This document shows positions 48,634 through 61,010 of a DNA stretch of 64,000 nt, piece after piece. The stretch spans positions 20,460,001 to 20,524,000 of the forward strand of contig CATNEN010000038.1 in assembly GCA_950097015.1 (NCBI GenBank), read 5' to 3'. Origin of the DNA: Macrostomum hystrix. Taxonomy: Eukaryota > Animalia > Platyhelminthes. The first letter of the stretch is position 1, and each line of letters opens with the position of its first letter. Below the pieces are notes generated by a model that had not been told where the DNA came from, ran no database searches, and was given only the letters and a program-made list of their open reading frames with translations. Position numbers and translations under genes: made by a program.

Positions 48634-50834
48634 ATGGAGTCAGACACGGACGATTTAATCAGGTGCAGCAATAACGACTTGTCAACCGCGTCAGAAGCGT
48701 CATCCGGTGACAATGACGAACCCGATGATGACTTTCCGCCGGCCAATGTGACCCTGCCCAAGCGTACAACAATCTTCATGGAACCACTGACTGTGCTGTT
48801 CTGCATTGGATTCCAGGGTCTGGGCCCGCTTATATCGCAGTACGTCTACTATAGGATAGGTCTGGATCTGGGATTGAACGGTACATACCCAGGTGGCGGT
48901 GTCGGCGGCAGTCAGTGCAACGCTTCCGATAAATTCCCAAACAGTCCAGCTGGCAATGCGTCAGGGCAGTACGCACTTACTCAGCTGGTTCAGGTATTGA
49001 AGACAGTCCATTGTGATTAGGGAAAATTTATGCCTATATTTACGGTTTTTGGCACTAGACACCCCAAGGTGGTTTCCGAAAAGTCACGAAAGGTCGTTCC
49101 CCTATACTATCCAATTAGGCGTTCCCTTATTAAAACCTACTGGTCCCTTTTGTAAATCATAATTTTTACGCGTTTTTAACAAACACAAGTCGAAGGCCAA
49201 GCAGACCTTAAACCACGCAGAAACAAACCTCTACCTGGATTCTTTACCGAGACGCCCTAGCAGCTATCGGAGCTCTGCTCTCGATTCCGTTGATCAGCAG
49301 CTCCTCGGATCGCGTCGGCCGCCGGATAGCCCTGATCCTACCGTGTCTAGGCACCTTGGCAGAGTCGGTTGTGTCGCTGTGTGTTGTCTGGTTCGACCTG
49401 CCGTTGCTATGCATGCTCGTCGCCGCCCTGGCCTCCGGTCTGTGCGGCGGCATCGGCGGCTTATTCGCCGGAGCTCTCGCCTACTTGGCCGATGTCACAA
49501 CGTCGAAAGCGCGACCAATGCGCATCACTGTGCTAGAAGCGCTGACAGGTGTTGGCGGCGCGGCAGCCTGCGTTCTGATTGGCTGGTGGATACGATGGCA
49601 GGTGAGCAATCAGCTGATCACATTTTGTCAGTGGCCATTCTGCCTACTCCGCTTAAGCACAATCAAGCACATTGATACATACGCAGGCACATACTTACAC
49701 AGGTGTACATATGCCCTAACTTTCCAATCGTCAGTCAGCGTCTTCAGTTCTTCACTTTACTCAGTAGTAAAATGGGCCAATTTTACTGACTTATAAGCAC
49801 ACACTACAGATACTTGACGCAGGCACATACTCAGTCAGGCAGTGTACACTCTCACTGGTGCCCGAATGGGCATAAATTGCACGACAAGCCACCAAGCTAA
49901 ATGGATGTGGCCTTAAATGAACTCCTCTTTCCAGGGCTACCTCATACCGCACGTGTTTTGCACCTCAGTCTACGCAATTACTGCCTCATTCTGCCTATTC
50001 GTGGTGCCGGAAATTCGGCGACCGCCGCCAGCCACAGACGATGAGCGGCGCGCTTCGTTTCTACCAAAACTGGGTCGCGTTCTGGCAGAGCCTCTGGTCG
50101 GCTTCGTCAGCCTGATGTCAAAACCGCACAGTCTGCCCGCTGTCTACTGCCTGGCCCTCCTAGGCCTATCGTTCTACTGCGCAGCGTTCTACGGTACTGT
50201 AGACCTGACGGTGCTGTACAGCATGAACTATCCGTTCTGTCTGGACAGTGTGTTCATCGGCTACTTCACAGCGGCTAGACAGGCAGCCCTGCAGCTAGGC
50301 ATGCTGGCTATTGTGTGGCTGTGCTCTCTAGCTGGCATCTCCACCCTGACTATTGCCAGCATTGGTTCGGCCTCCACTGCAGCCGGTGCTGTTCTGCTGG
50401 CCTTGGCTTGGGACCAGAGTGTCCTCTGGTTGAGCATCGCGGCTGCCGCGGCCTCCGCCTGTCCGGTGCCAATGTATCGCGCCTTCGTCTCCATGGTAAC
50501 GCCGGCAGACAAGCAGGGCTGTATTTTTAGCGTATTCGGTGTGATACAGATGCTGTCCTATCTGGTGGGCAATCTGGCTTTCACCTACGGCTACAAGGCG
50601 ACGCTAATGTGGCAGCCTGGCTTCGTGTTCTACACAGTGGCCGCTACCCTGCTCGTCGGCTTACTGTTCACAATCCTCGCCGAAGCTGTCTACAGGTGTC
50701 TGACTCTGCCCAACATGCGCAATACAAGGTCGAGCACTGAGATTGTGTCTGATGATTCGCGAGACGGTGCAGTCGGCAGTTCTGTGGACACTCGAGGCTC
50801 CGTACAGTGGAATGGTAACACGACTGTTGCCTGA
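48634..50834 (+). CDS. SLC46-family (PCFT/SLC46A3-like) MFS transporter; join(48634..48993,49221..49601,49935..50834)
   Basis: MEPLTVLF..QYVYYRI, VQKQTSTWILY, SSDRVGRRIALILP, AYLADVT..RPMRITVLE, LYSMNYPFC, RAFVSMVTPADKQGCIFS; both introns phase 0, GT-AG. Confidence 0.9.
49680..49912 (-). mobile_element. SINE family A fragments in SLC46 intron 2
   Basis: ACGCAGGCACA..ACAGGTGTACATATGCCCTAACTTTC and AAATTGCACGACAAGCC..ATGTGGCC are reverse complements of the SINE A body. Confidence 0.75.
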
Positions 50835-51504
50835 TGCTTGAAGTGGACTTGGGTCTGAGAACTAATTAGATGGCGAGGCAATAAACAACAGAACTAAAGG
50901 CATAGTTAATCCCGCTTTTTACCTGAGGTCTACAAGCTCGCAACGGTCGACACCAATCACAGATTTCTTTAAAAAGTAGATTAAAAATAGGATTATCATT
51001 ATTCTTTTTTCTTTTCTATTTGAGCTTAGCAAAATATATACCTTGCCGACTAATTTTCTAGTTTCAAAAGTCATTATTTTATTATTTTTATCCCTATTAA
51101 TTTTTCTACACAATGCTTTTTAGAATTTTTATTCCTGTAATTCTATTCGCTCAGCGCATTGTTGTTAGTTTCTTATTCGACATTTGGGGAGCCGCGCAGG
51201 TTCTCTATAATCGGGAAATGAGAAGCAATGGCTTAGCTTGAATGTTGTGAGCAGTTAATTTTGTTTTATCAATATCTATACTTCAAAATTAGTATGTCAC
51301 ATTCAATTTTTACCGGTTACCACATAGTCTTCAGTGTTTTATTCAGGTGCTGTTGTAAATTGCAGCGAAGCTTTCTGTTTTTTTTTAATTTTATTTTGCT
51401 TTTCAGTGTATCATTGTTGCTTTAAAAAATAAAATATATATGCAGGATATGCTTGTCATCGAATATTCAATGTGAATTAAGATTGCCTCCTTAAAAGTGA
51501 AATC

Positions 51505-54047
51505 GGAGGAACCTGAAGGAGCGGAGGAGGAGAGAAATGAGAGGAACCTGAAGGAGGGGAGTTGGAGAGAAATGGGAGGAACCTAAAGGATCGGAGATGG
51601 AGAGAAATGGGAGGAACCTGAAGGATCGGAGGTGAAGAGAATTGAGAGGAACCTGAAGGATCGGAGGTGAAGAGAAATGAGAGGAACCTGAAGGATCGGA
51701 GGTGAAGAGAATTGAGAGGAACCTGAAGGATCGGAGTTGGAGAGAAATGAGAGAAACCTGAAGGAGGGGAGGTGGAGAGAAATGGGAGGAACCTGAAGGA
51801 TCGGAGGTGGAGAGAAATGGGAGGAACCTGAAGGATCGGAGGTGGAGAGAAATGAGAGGAACCTAAAGGAGTGGAGGTGGAGAGTAATGAGAGGAACCTA
51901 AAGGATCGGAGGTGGAGAGAAATGGGAGGAACCTGAAGGATCGGAGGTGGAGAGAAATGAGAGGAACCTGAAGGATAGGAGGTGGAGAGAAATGAGAGGA
52001 ACCTTAAGGAGCGGAGTTGGAGAGAAATGAGAGGAACCTGAAGGAGTGGAGGTGGAGAGTAATGAGAGGAACCTAAAGGATCGGAGGTGGAGAGAAATGA
52101 GAGGAACCTGAAGGATCGGAGGTGGAGAGAAATGAGAGGAACCTAAAGGATCGGAGGTGGAGAGAAATAGGAGGAACCTAAAAGATCGGAGGTGTAGAGA
52201 AATGGGAGGAACCTGAAGGATCGGAGATGGAGAGAAATGGGAGGAACCTAAAGGATCGGAGGTGGAGAGAAATAGGAGGAACCTGAAGGAGCGGAGGAGG
52301 AGAGAAACGGGAGGAACCTGAAGGATCGGAGGGGAGAGAAATGGGAGGAACCTGAAGGATCGGAGGTGGAGAGAAATGAGAGGAACCTGAAGGATCGGAG
52401 GTGGAGAGAAATGAGAGGAACCTGAAGGAGGGGAGGTGGAGAGAAATGGGAGGAACCTAAAGGATCGGAGATGGAGAGAAATGGGAGGAACCTGAAGGAT
52501 CGGAGGTGGAGAGAAATGGGAGGAACCTGAAGGATCGGAGGTGGAGAGAAATGGGAGGAACCTGAAGGAGCGGATGTGGAGAGAAATGAGAGGAACCTGA
52601 AGGATCGGAGGTGGAGAGAAATGGGAGGAACCTGAAGGATCGGAGGTGGAGAGAAATGGGAGGAACCTAAAGGATCGGAGATGGAGAGAAATGGGAGGAA
52701 CCTGAAGGATCGGAGGTGGAGAGAAATGGGAGGAACCTGAAGGATCGGAGATTGAGAGAAATGGGAGGAACCTGAAGGATCGGAGGTGGAGAGAAATGGG
52801 AGGAACCTGAAGGATCGGAGGTGGAGAGAAATGGGAGGAACCTGAAGGAGCGGATGTGGAGAGAAATGAGAGGAACCTGAAGGATCGGAGGTGGAGAGAA
52901 ATGGGAGGAACCTGAAGGATCGGAGGTGGAGAGAAATGGGAGGAACCTAAAGGATCGGAGATGGAGAGAAATGGGAGGAACCTGAAGGATCGGAGGTGGA
53001 GAGAAATGGGAGGAACCTGAAGGAGCGGATGTGGAGAGAAATGAGAGGAACCTGAAGGATCGGAGGTGGAGAGAAATGGGAGGAACCTAAAGGATCGGAG
53101 ATGGAGAGAAATGGGAGGAACCTGAAGGATCGGAGGTGGAGAGAAATGGGAGGAACCTGAAGGAGCGGATGTGGAGAGAAATGAGAGGAACCTGAAGGAT
53201 CGGAGGTGGAGAGAAATGGGAGGAACCTGAAGGATCGGAGATGGAGAGAAATGGGAGGAACCTAAAGGATCGGAGATGGAGAGAAATGGGAGGAACCTGA
53301 AGGATCGGAGGTGAAGAGAAATGGGAGGAACCTGAAGGATCGGAGATTGAGAGAAATGGGAGGAACCTGAAGGATCGGAGGTGGAGAGAAATGGGAGGAA
53401 CCTGAAGGATCGGAGGTGGAGAGAAATGGGAGGAACCTGAAGGAGCGGATGTGGAGAGAAATGAGAGGAACCTGAAGGATCGGAGGTGGAGAGAAATGGG
53501 AGGAACCTGAAGGATCGGAGGTGGAGAGAAATGGGAGGAACCTAAAGGATCGGAGATGGAGAGAAATGGGAGGAACCTGAAGGATCGGAGGTGGAGAGAA
53601 ATGGGAGGAACCTGAAGGAGCGGATGTGGAGAGAAATGAGAGGAACCTGAAGGATCGGAGGTGGAGAGAAATGGGAGGAACCTAAAGGATCGGAGATGGA
53701 GAGAAATGGGAGGAACCTGAAGGATCGGAGGTGGAGAGAAATGGGAGGAACCTGAAGGAGCGGATGTGGAGAGAAATGAGAGGAACTTGAAGGATCGGAG
53801 GTGGAGAGAAATGGGAGGAACCTAAATGATCGGAGGTGGAGAGAAATGGGAGGAACCTGAAGGAGCGGAGGAGGAGAGAAACGGGAGGAACCTGAAGGAT
53901 CGGAGGGGAGAGAAATGAGAGGAACCTGAAGGATCGGAGATGGAGAGAAATGAGAGGAACCTAAAGGAGTGGAGGTGGAGAGTAATGAGAGGAACCTAAA
54001 GGAGTGGAGGTGGAGAGCAATGAGAGGAACCTAAAGGATCGGAGGTG
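51505..54047. repeat. 35-bp purine-rich satellite (GAGGAACCTGAAGGATCGGAGGTGGAGAGAAATGG)
   Basis: About 72 units. Confidence 0.96.
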
Positions 54048-54674
54048 AGGAAAATGGAAAGAACTGGAAAGAACTGTAATGAGACTAGAGGTGGGAGTTA
54101 ATTACAATTTGCTAAGAATTTCAATGAAAAACAGAAATCTACAGACTTGGCATTAACACACAGTTTAGTGCACTTTCCAAAGTATTTTATGCTTGTCTCA
54201 GTGCTTATCTCACGTGGTATACAAGTTTTGTACTTCGTGGTAATTTTTTTAAATCTAGCTTTTTAAACTGAAACAACAGCTTTTCATTCAGAAAAATTAT
54301 TGATATCGTTTCTAAAAAACCAATAGAAAATAACGGAAAACTTTTTCGGTCAACTGCGGAGAAAAATTATGAAAATAATATTTTTGTTTCGTGCGTTTTT
54401 TAAAGCCTTTTATAGCAACAAAAGGTGCACTAATTAGCTAAAGGAAGTCTGCTTTTTCAGAAAGCCAGGAAAAATATTCTGAAGCAAATGTTAAAAGATG
54501 TCAGAAAGTTCACACAATTAATTTTGTTTTAAATCACACAATCATCTACTGAAGAAGCAAACAAAAATGAAATCATAAATTTTTTCGTCAAAAAGTTATT
54601 GCATCAACTGTTTACTAGAATTAAAGTGTCGTTATTTTTGTTTTAACTAGGTCGGAAACTAAATAGTTTCGACT

Positions 54675-57600
54675 TTAGTCGTCTCTGGGCGATCGCAATT
54701 CCGCCAGACAGTCCTTGATGGCTCGGTTGGCACCTGGTGTTGCGAAGGTATTCATTAAAAATTACGACTATTTACAGGTTAATCACACAAAGTACTTAGT
54801 ACGAGATCAAGTGTCACAAACTCGAATAGTCAAGTTTGTTTTAAATATTAAACTCGGAATAAACCCGGAAATATTCTCGCATTTAAGCAAAGTTTTGGCG
54901 CACTTTAAAAAGTAAAAAAATGGGTTGCGACTTGTGTTCCCAACAAAAAAGTTTTAATTATTTTTATCATGACCCTATCGACTACTGTAAGTAGTGAAAA
55001 AATCTGATTAACGATAAAAAGACCAGGCTATTTTTCCCCTGGGAAAAATCCACGGTGGTATTTCAGAAACCCAGACTGCAGACCTCACGTTAGTTACAAA
55101 ACTGAATGACAACTTTTCGTGACAGTCCGGCCTATGGGTCAACACTTTACGACAAACTAACTTTCAAAGCCGTACTTGTCGAAGACCCCTGACAAGGACA
55201 ACTAACATTGCAAATAGCATGACATGGTGAATCCATATTATTTCAATAATACAAAGATTAACGAAATAATCAATACAGTAGAATCAACAATAACAGCCGT
55301 GATAAAATTTTGTGAGCAGAAATTACTGCATACATTGGTGGTTTCTACCGGGGGGTCTGTGGCAGAGCGGTTATCGCGTTTGCCTCTCGCACCACGGTCC
55401 CTAAGTTCGATTCCGCGGCGAGGCCACATTTATTTCGGGCGCAGCCGCGGAGAGAAGGCTTGGCGGCTTGTCGTTCAATTTACGCCCTTGAGGGCCAACC
55501 TCCAAGGCGCCGTGAAGTGTACACTGCCCGACGATGAGAAAGTCAGGGAAGATGTACACACCTGTGTGAGCGTGTGCCTGCGTACAGTTGTGTGTGCGTG
55601 TGTGCTGTGCCATTGCCCGCAGCACTCCTGTAATTATCATTATTGGTGGTTTTTGCCTAGAGACACCCAGACCAGAATCGTTGAATATCTCGACGATGCC
55701 GATGTTTCGTGATTCTAGAAGTTGTTTCCCGTGCTCTGGATTTCATGGCGAGTAGTTGTGTAAAGTGTAGAATTACGGTAATATTTATTTTTACCAATCA
55801 TGCGCTAACTACTCTACTCATCCGCTTAGTAGTATTGTTAGAAAATGCGAACCAGAAAACATACAAGTACAGCATGTGATTCATTTTACCAAAAAAGGAG
55901 AATCGAATCAATCAAAAATCATGTGACTACTATTAATAGTATCCAATCAATTTTTATGTCATAGGCAACCAGCGATCCACCAATCATGTTACCCAAAATC
56001 AATCAAAAGGTCAAGAATGCGATAATCCATATTTTTGCGCTTCTACTAGTTTAGTTGTAAAAAAGTCTAACCTCTCAAGTTGTCAAGCGTTGACCCAGAC
56101 AGTTTGACACCATTTTGACACCTGTACTTTAAACGCACTCATCGAACCTGAGAGGGTCAGATTCTCTATAAATACAAGAGCTCCGAGGCGAGCCCAGATT
56201 CAGAGTCTCGCCGAGACGAGCAGAAAAGAGAAAACGGATAGTGGATTGGACTCCAGGTCCAAGACTTGTGGTAATTATTAATTAGTAAAGCCTTCTTGAG
56301 CTAAGTTAAACCTCTCCGAGTAATCGTTAAACCAACGATTACAGCGTAATCACAGACGTGTGATTACATTGATTATCTTACAAAGGGTGAGCGCCAGACT
56401 CGTGGTAAAACCTACCAGGGCTGGTAAGAAGGAACACACTCCACAAGTGACTATTGGTTAATCGACATCAACGACAAATCAGCGTCAGGAAGATACCACA
56501 CCTGATTACTATTGGCCCAGTGTAACTGCAACCGAGACGAGGAGAATAAATTTAATTCTCTTGCATTCAAACGATCCAGGTACCTGAAAGACAACCCGAA
56601 GCGCATCAAAGCACTCGAAGCCGGCCGCAAACGAAAAGGACCAGAGAAACCACAAAACCAAAGAAGGTAAGAACTAAAACTTCTGTTAAATTAGTATTGA
56701 TTACTGGGGCACCCAGCAGTTGCTGGAAGAGATAAATTCCTAAAAGAGAAACAAGGAACTTATCAGTTGAATATTTTATGAGATACGGAAGAAAATAAAA
56801 ATGTGGGTATTTAAAATACCCTGGTGGTGTTTGTACTGTTAGAGAGAGTAAATTCGGCTGCAAGCTCACCTGGCGTGTGCCTAAAATAGGTGACGTAGGC
56901 CTGAGTGACATTTTCGCGATTAGCGCCCGGCTGAATCTCATCCAATCGGTTCAGCTGCAAATTGTAGAAATCCCGCTTGGCGTGCCGATAATCCTCCTCC
57001 ATCCGAGCCTGGGTGGTGTGCAGCTTGTTCTGCCCGATCTCCTTGCTGGATGCGGCCGAGCGGAAAGTGTGGACTCCACTGCATTCTTAACTACACAAGC
57101 GGCTAGCAATACAGATTCCTCACTATAGTCTTTAAAGCCTATTTAAGTCGCTCTCAACTCTCTGCCTAGATCTGAGAATTCTCTGTCTCTTTATAATAGA
57201 GAAACAAAATCAACCCAAAATCTCCCACTAGTCTCTCCCTCAATCAGCCCAATTCTTCGCCTCCCTAGTATTACCCTAGTCTCACCCTAGTCTCACCCTA
57301 GTCGCTACTAGTCTCACCCTAGTCTCACCTTAGTCTCACCCTAGTCTCACCCTAGTCTCTACTAGTCTCTCCCTAGTCTCTACTAGTCTCACCCTAGTCT
57401 CACCCTAGTCTCACCCTAGTCTCTACTAGTCTCTCCCTAGTCTCTACTAGTCTCACCCTAGTCTCACCCTAGTCTCTACTAGTCTCACCCTAGTCTTACC
57501 CTAGTCTCACCCTAGTCTCTACTAGTCTCACCCTAGTTTCTACTAGTCTCACCCTAGTCTCTACTAGTCTCACCCTAGTCTCTACTAGTCTCTCCCTAGT

Positions 57601-58650
57601 CTCTACTAGTCTCACCCTAGTCTCACCCTAGTCTCACCCTAGTCTCACCCTAGTCTCAGACTAGTCTCACTCTAGTCTCACCCAAGTCTCCCCCAGGCCT
57701 CACTCTAGTCTCACCGAATCAGGAAGATATCCTTTCGCTTCAGCTCAGTAGTTCCGTAGAGTTTTCTATCGCAGCTGACCACAACGCGCGGAAATCTGGC
57801 CTGATGACTGCTCAGAGCTTCGCCAGAAAGACGCAGCTGCTGCTGCTGTTGCTGCATGGCTGTCGGGGCTCTAGTGGATTTCCGGCTGGTACCGAAGCCG
57901 TCCTGGCCAGCTTTAGACGATGCCGCCGTCTCAGCTTGCTGATTGATCGGTTCCAGGGAGTCCAGCTTGTAGCTCTCCAGAGGATCGCAAGCGTAGGTTG
58001 CTGTTTGACGCGTCCCGTAGCTGGTCGGACGGCGGGGAGCCTTCGGGTGGAAATGTGGCAAGTGGGACTTGGTCAAGAATACTACTCTAGGTTAGACTGC
58101 GATGAGATTAAGAGATTCGGCGAGGTGTGTTTGTGGATTTGGCGCTATTGAGAGTTACAGAATAAAAAGCAAGAACCACTAGAAGATGGACAGGACCAGT
58201 TCGTTGCTTAGTCATTTAATATAATTTAATGACACTTAATTTAGTGTTATGTCGCAAACTCGCTTTTCACTCACCGCTGTGAGCGCTCTAACTGTACTGT
58301 GAGTGTCTCGATAAGGTCTTAGATCGTTGAATACAGTCGGCGTGTGGCGCTTCCTGTATTGTCGGCGTGCGATGTTAGATAGAAGATTAGACGATAAGAT
58401 AATTAAATAGACACAATGTAAGGTTATGGTGCACACATTTTTGGCCGCAGACTCTCAACTTGTCGGCCAAATTTGCTTAACTCCAGCTGTAGTCGTCGCA
58501 TTTGCTCCTTGAGCTGCTCAGTCTGTAGGTCACGTGACGCCGCATTGGCGGCGCCTGATTGATCCCTGCCGCCGATATCCGTTCGACTTGTCGTAGCTCC
58601 GGCTGCAACATTCACGTTATCACAAAATTTGCCTCGGAATTTATAGTTTA
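54675..58650 (-). CDS. Uncharacterised protein; exons about 58650-58439, 58353-58275, ~58090-57715, ~57079-56870, 54733-54675; start and exon 3 acceptor uncertain
   Basis: Phase-consistent joins give ..KDIFLIRGVHTFRSAASSKEIGQNKLHTTQARMEEDYRHAKRDFY..QAYVTYFRHTPGANRAIKDCLAELRSPRDD*; GTGAG donors at 58274, 57714 and 56869. Confidence 0.6.
55349..55643 (+). mobile_element. SINE family A with target-site duplication, inserted at the start of a family C repeat
   Basis: A box TGGCAGAGCGG, B box GTTCGATTCC; flanks ATTGGTGGTTTCTACC and ATTGGTGGTTTTTGCC. Confidence 0.9.
55643..55752 (+). repeat. Dispersed repeat family C
   Basis: AGACACCCAGACCAGAATCGTTGAATATCTCGACGATGCCGATG. Confidence 0.7.
55836..56860 (+). 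mobile_element. Possible solo LTR or LTR-like insertion in an intron
   Basis: Starts TGTTAG; TATA-like CTATAAATA near 56166; AATAAA near 56545; CA endings at 56608 or 56860; no target-site duplication found. Confidence 0.35.
57278..57714 (-). repeat. 11-bp minisatellite (minus strand GGTGAGACTAG) beginning at the splice donor
   Basis: About 38 units of CTAGTCTCACC or CTAGTCTCTA. Confidence 0.93.
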
Positions 58651-59529
58651 AGCTGAATTAAATACGTGTTCACTTCCTTCAAATTTAAAACACAACTAAA
58701 TCGGCAAGGTGTTCAAAAATTGGATTAATTTACCCCTCTTAACTCCTATTGGCTGGCTGCAAAGCTCAAACCTAAATCAACCCCCCACCCCCTGTACATT
58801 TATCGATCGAAGATCGACCCCTGCTTTTTCTAACGCCCCCGGTCAGCCTTATCACTTTCACACCCCGTGTTTATCTCTTTTTAGTCTGCCCACCCTGGCC
58901 ATAGAATCTATATATATAAAAGTGAAAACTCTGTCTGTGTGTGTGTGTGTCTGTCTGTGTGTGTGCAACCTTTTGTCTTTATAGACGCCGAAACCGCTCA
59001 ACCAAATCGCACCAAACTTTGCACATACCTAAAACCACCTACGCTGAGTGCAATAGGCTACTCAAATTCCCGAAAAATAATTTCCTTCCTGCTCAAAAGT
59101 GCAAAAAACTGCTCAAAAATCGTCAAAAAATCACTCAATTTGACATATCGTCGCCCCACTTTGTCAGATTTTCTCCAAATTTGATCCACTTACACTTTAC
59201 ATGTTTTCCAACAATGCTGTCAATTTTGAACATCTCTACTCAATCCAGAGCAAAGCTGCATCATCTCAAAGTGAGTCACTTTTTGTTTTCCGAGGACAGC
59301 CACCCCAACTCCCCTCCGCCACTCTGCGGGCCAAATTTTATTACAGCCACCCCCTCCCTTCCCCGGGCGCCGAAGCCCCAGACTGTACATTGTATTTCAA
59401 GCCGTGAATGTACACAGCCCAAACCCCTAGACTGTCTACTGGCCCCCAAGCAGCACTGAGACTGAGTGCGGTGAGTGCGGTGGCGTCCCAGTGCGCAGGG
59501 CTCTCCGGTCGATATTTCTCTCCAGCCAG

Positions 59530-60355
59530 CCTTGGATAGAAGAAAGAGAGAGGCCGCTCAAAGGCCACAGGACACTACTCTTACTGCTTTCTTCAAGTTG
59601 TGCGCTGAAGACCCCTTTGCCAGGACTTTGCTGTACCACCAGGTGCCTGCCTATTACACATGGAACGCCTCTTCGAAAGGATGGAAGCGGCGGGTTCAAG
59701 GCGCTGCAGTTCCGGGCCATCCTGAAATACGACAGACTGATGCATTAGCCAGAGTGTACACGGTGCACCCAAACCACCGTGAATGCTACTACCTGCGTAT
59801 ATTGCTAACACACCGTGATTGGTCCGACGTCATTTAGACACATTAGAACGGTGGAAGGCCATACCTGCCAAACTTTTCATGAAGCATGTCAGCGACTGGG
59901 ACTGCTGGAAGATGATGCTCAATGGAGAGCGACATTGGAGGAAGCGGCAACGGTGCGCTCACCAAGTCACCTGCGAGATCTCTTTGCCATCATGGTTGCC
60001 ACCTGTGGTCTCTCTGATCCACTTCAGCTTTGGGAAACATTCAAAGAACCCATGGCCGAAGACATTCTCTTCCGGGCGCGATTCGTGGCTCAGGAGCCAG
60101 AGTTGCCATTCACAGAAGCAGTGTTTAACGAGGCCCTGCTGCGCATTGAGGACAAGGTGCTGGAGTTGACCGATCGCTATCTAGATTCTTTTGGACTCCC
60201 AAAAGCAAACAGGACAGGACAACAGGACAACCTGTGCAGGGAGATGCTGCGAGAAAGAGGCTATGACCAGGAGCAGCTGGGACAGTTCATATAGAGGAGA
60301 ATGAGCCCCGACTCATGCCTGAGCAGCTAGAGGCGTACCGCAAGCTATTGCGCAG
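59530..60355 (+). pseudogene. Helitron Rep/Helicase fragment (region between Rep and PIF1 helicase), with frameshift and stop
   Basis: TTLTAFFKLC..ARTLLYHQVPAYYTWN..WKRR..RVYTVHP..ECYYLRILL / GPTSFRHIRTVEG..TFHEACQRLGLLEDD..LRDLFA; TAG at 60292. Confidence 0.88.
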
Positions 60356-60369
60356 AGCCAGTCGCAGCA

Positions 60370-60547
60370 CTGGCGCCCCTTTTCGGCCGCTGGCGCCCCT
60401 TTTTCAGCCGCTGGCTCCCGTTTTTCAGCCGCTGGCGCCCTTTCTTGGCTCCTGGCGCCCTTTTTCGGCCGCTGGCACCCCCTCTGTGATTCTCATGGCG
60501 CTCCCCTGACAGACCGCCCCAAACAAAATTCCTGGATCTGCCACTGA
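60370..60547 (-). mobile_element. One end of a TIR element (CAGTGGCAGATCCAGG...) with ~21-bp subterminal repeats, inside the Helitron
   Basis: CCTGGATCTGCCACTG at 60531-60546 and five CTGGCGCCCC(T)nCGGCCG-like units. Confidence 0.5.
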
Positions 60548-61010
60548 CTGTATAGAGGAGTGGCTAAGAGACATGTTTCTAAAGAAGTAATCAAGAGGGG
60601 GCTGTTTGGATAAACTTTTCACTTATTTTTTACTTAAAACGCCCTTAAACAAACTCTTCACTTTTTATTAATGCAGTAAATAAATAAATGGTGACCTTCA
60701 CTATAAAGTTAATACAGAGACGTGAATTGCTTACTGCTTTGCTTTAAATTTCTGCCCCAAAAACAACGGGCAAAAAAAGCTAGTAACATATATTCCCAAC
60801 TTGGGCCCGTTCTTATGTCTATGGTTAATTTGTTTGGCCGGGCCAAATTCATTAAAGTCAATTCCACCAAAGACTAAAGTCATTAAAGTCAAGTCAAAGT
60901 CAAGTCAATCAAATCCAATAAGAATATAGGGGTATCGTTTATTTGGCCTCGGCTTCGCCTGCGTCAATAAGTCACTTTGGCGGCCAAATAAATGAATCCA
61001 TAGGGGTGAT

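Larger units (their letters stand above)
58907..60783 (+). mobile_element. Non-autonomous (internally deleted) Helitron with both termini
   Basis: A|TCTATATATATAAA 5' end followed by a (GT/GTCT)n tract; 3' hairpin TGCCC..GGGCA then CTAG|T at 60780-60784; RepHel fragment inside. Confidence 0.85.

Noticed and set aside
55349-55425. Functional tRNA gene (also at 2611, 29004 and 38680-38738)
   Set aside because: A/B boxes are present but the acceptor and anticodon arms are imperfect, and the heads continue into SINE bodies with tails and TSDs.
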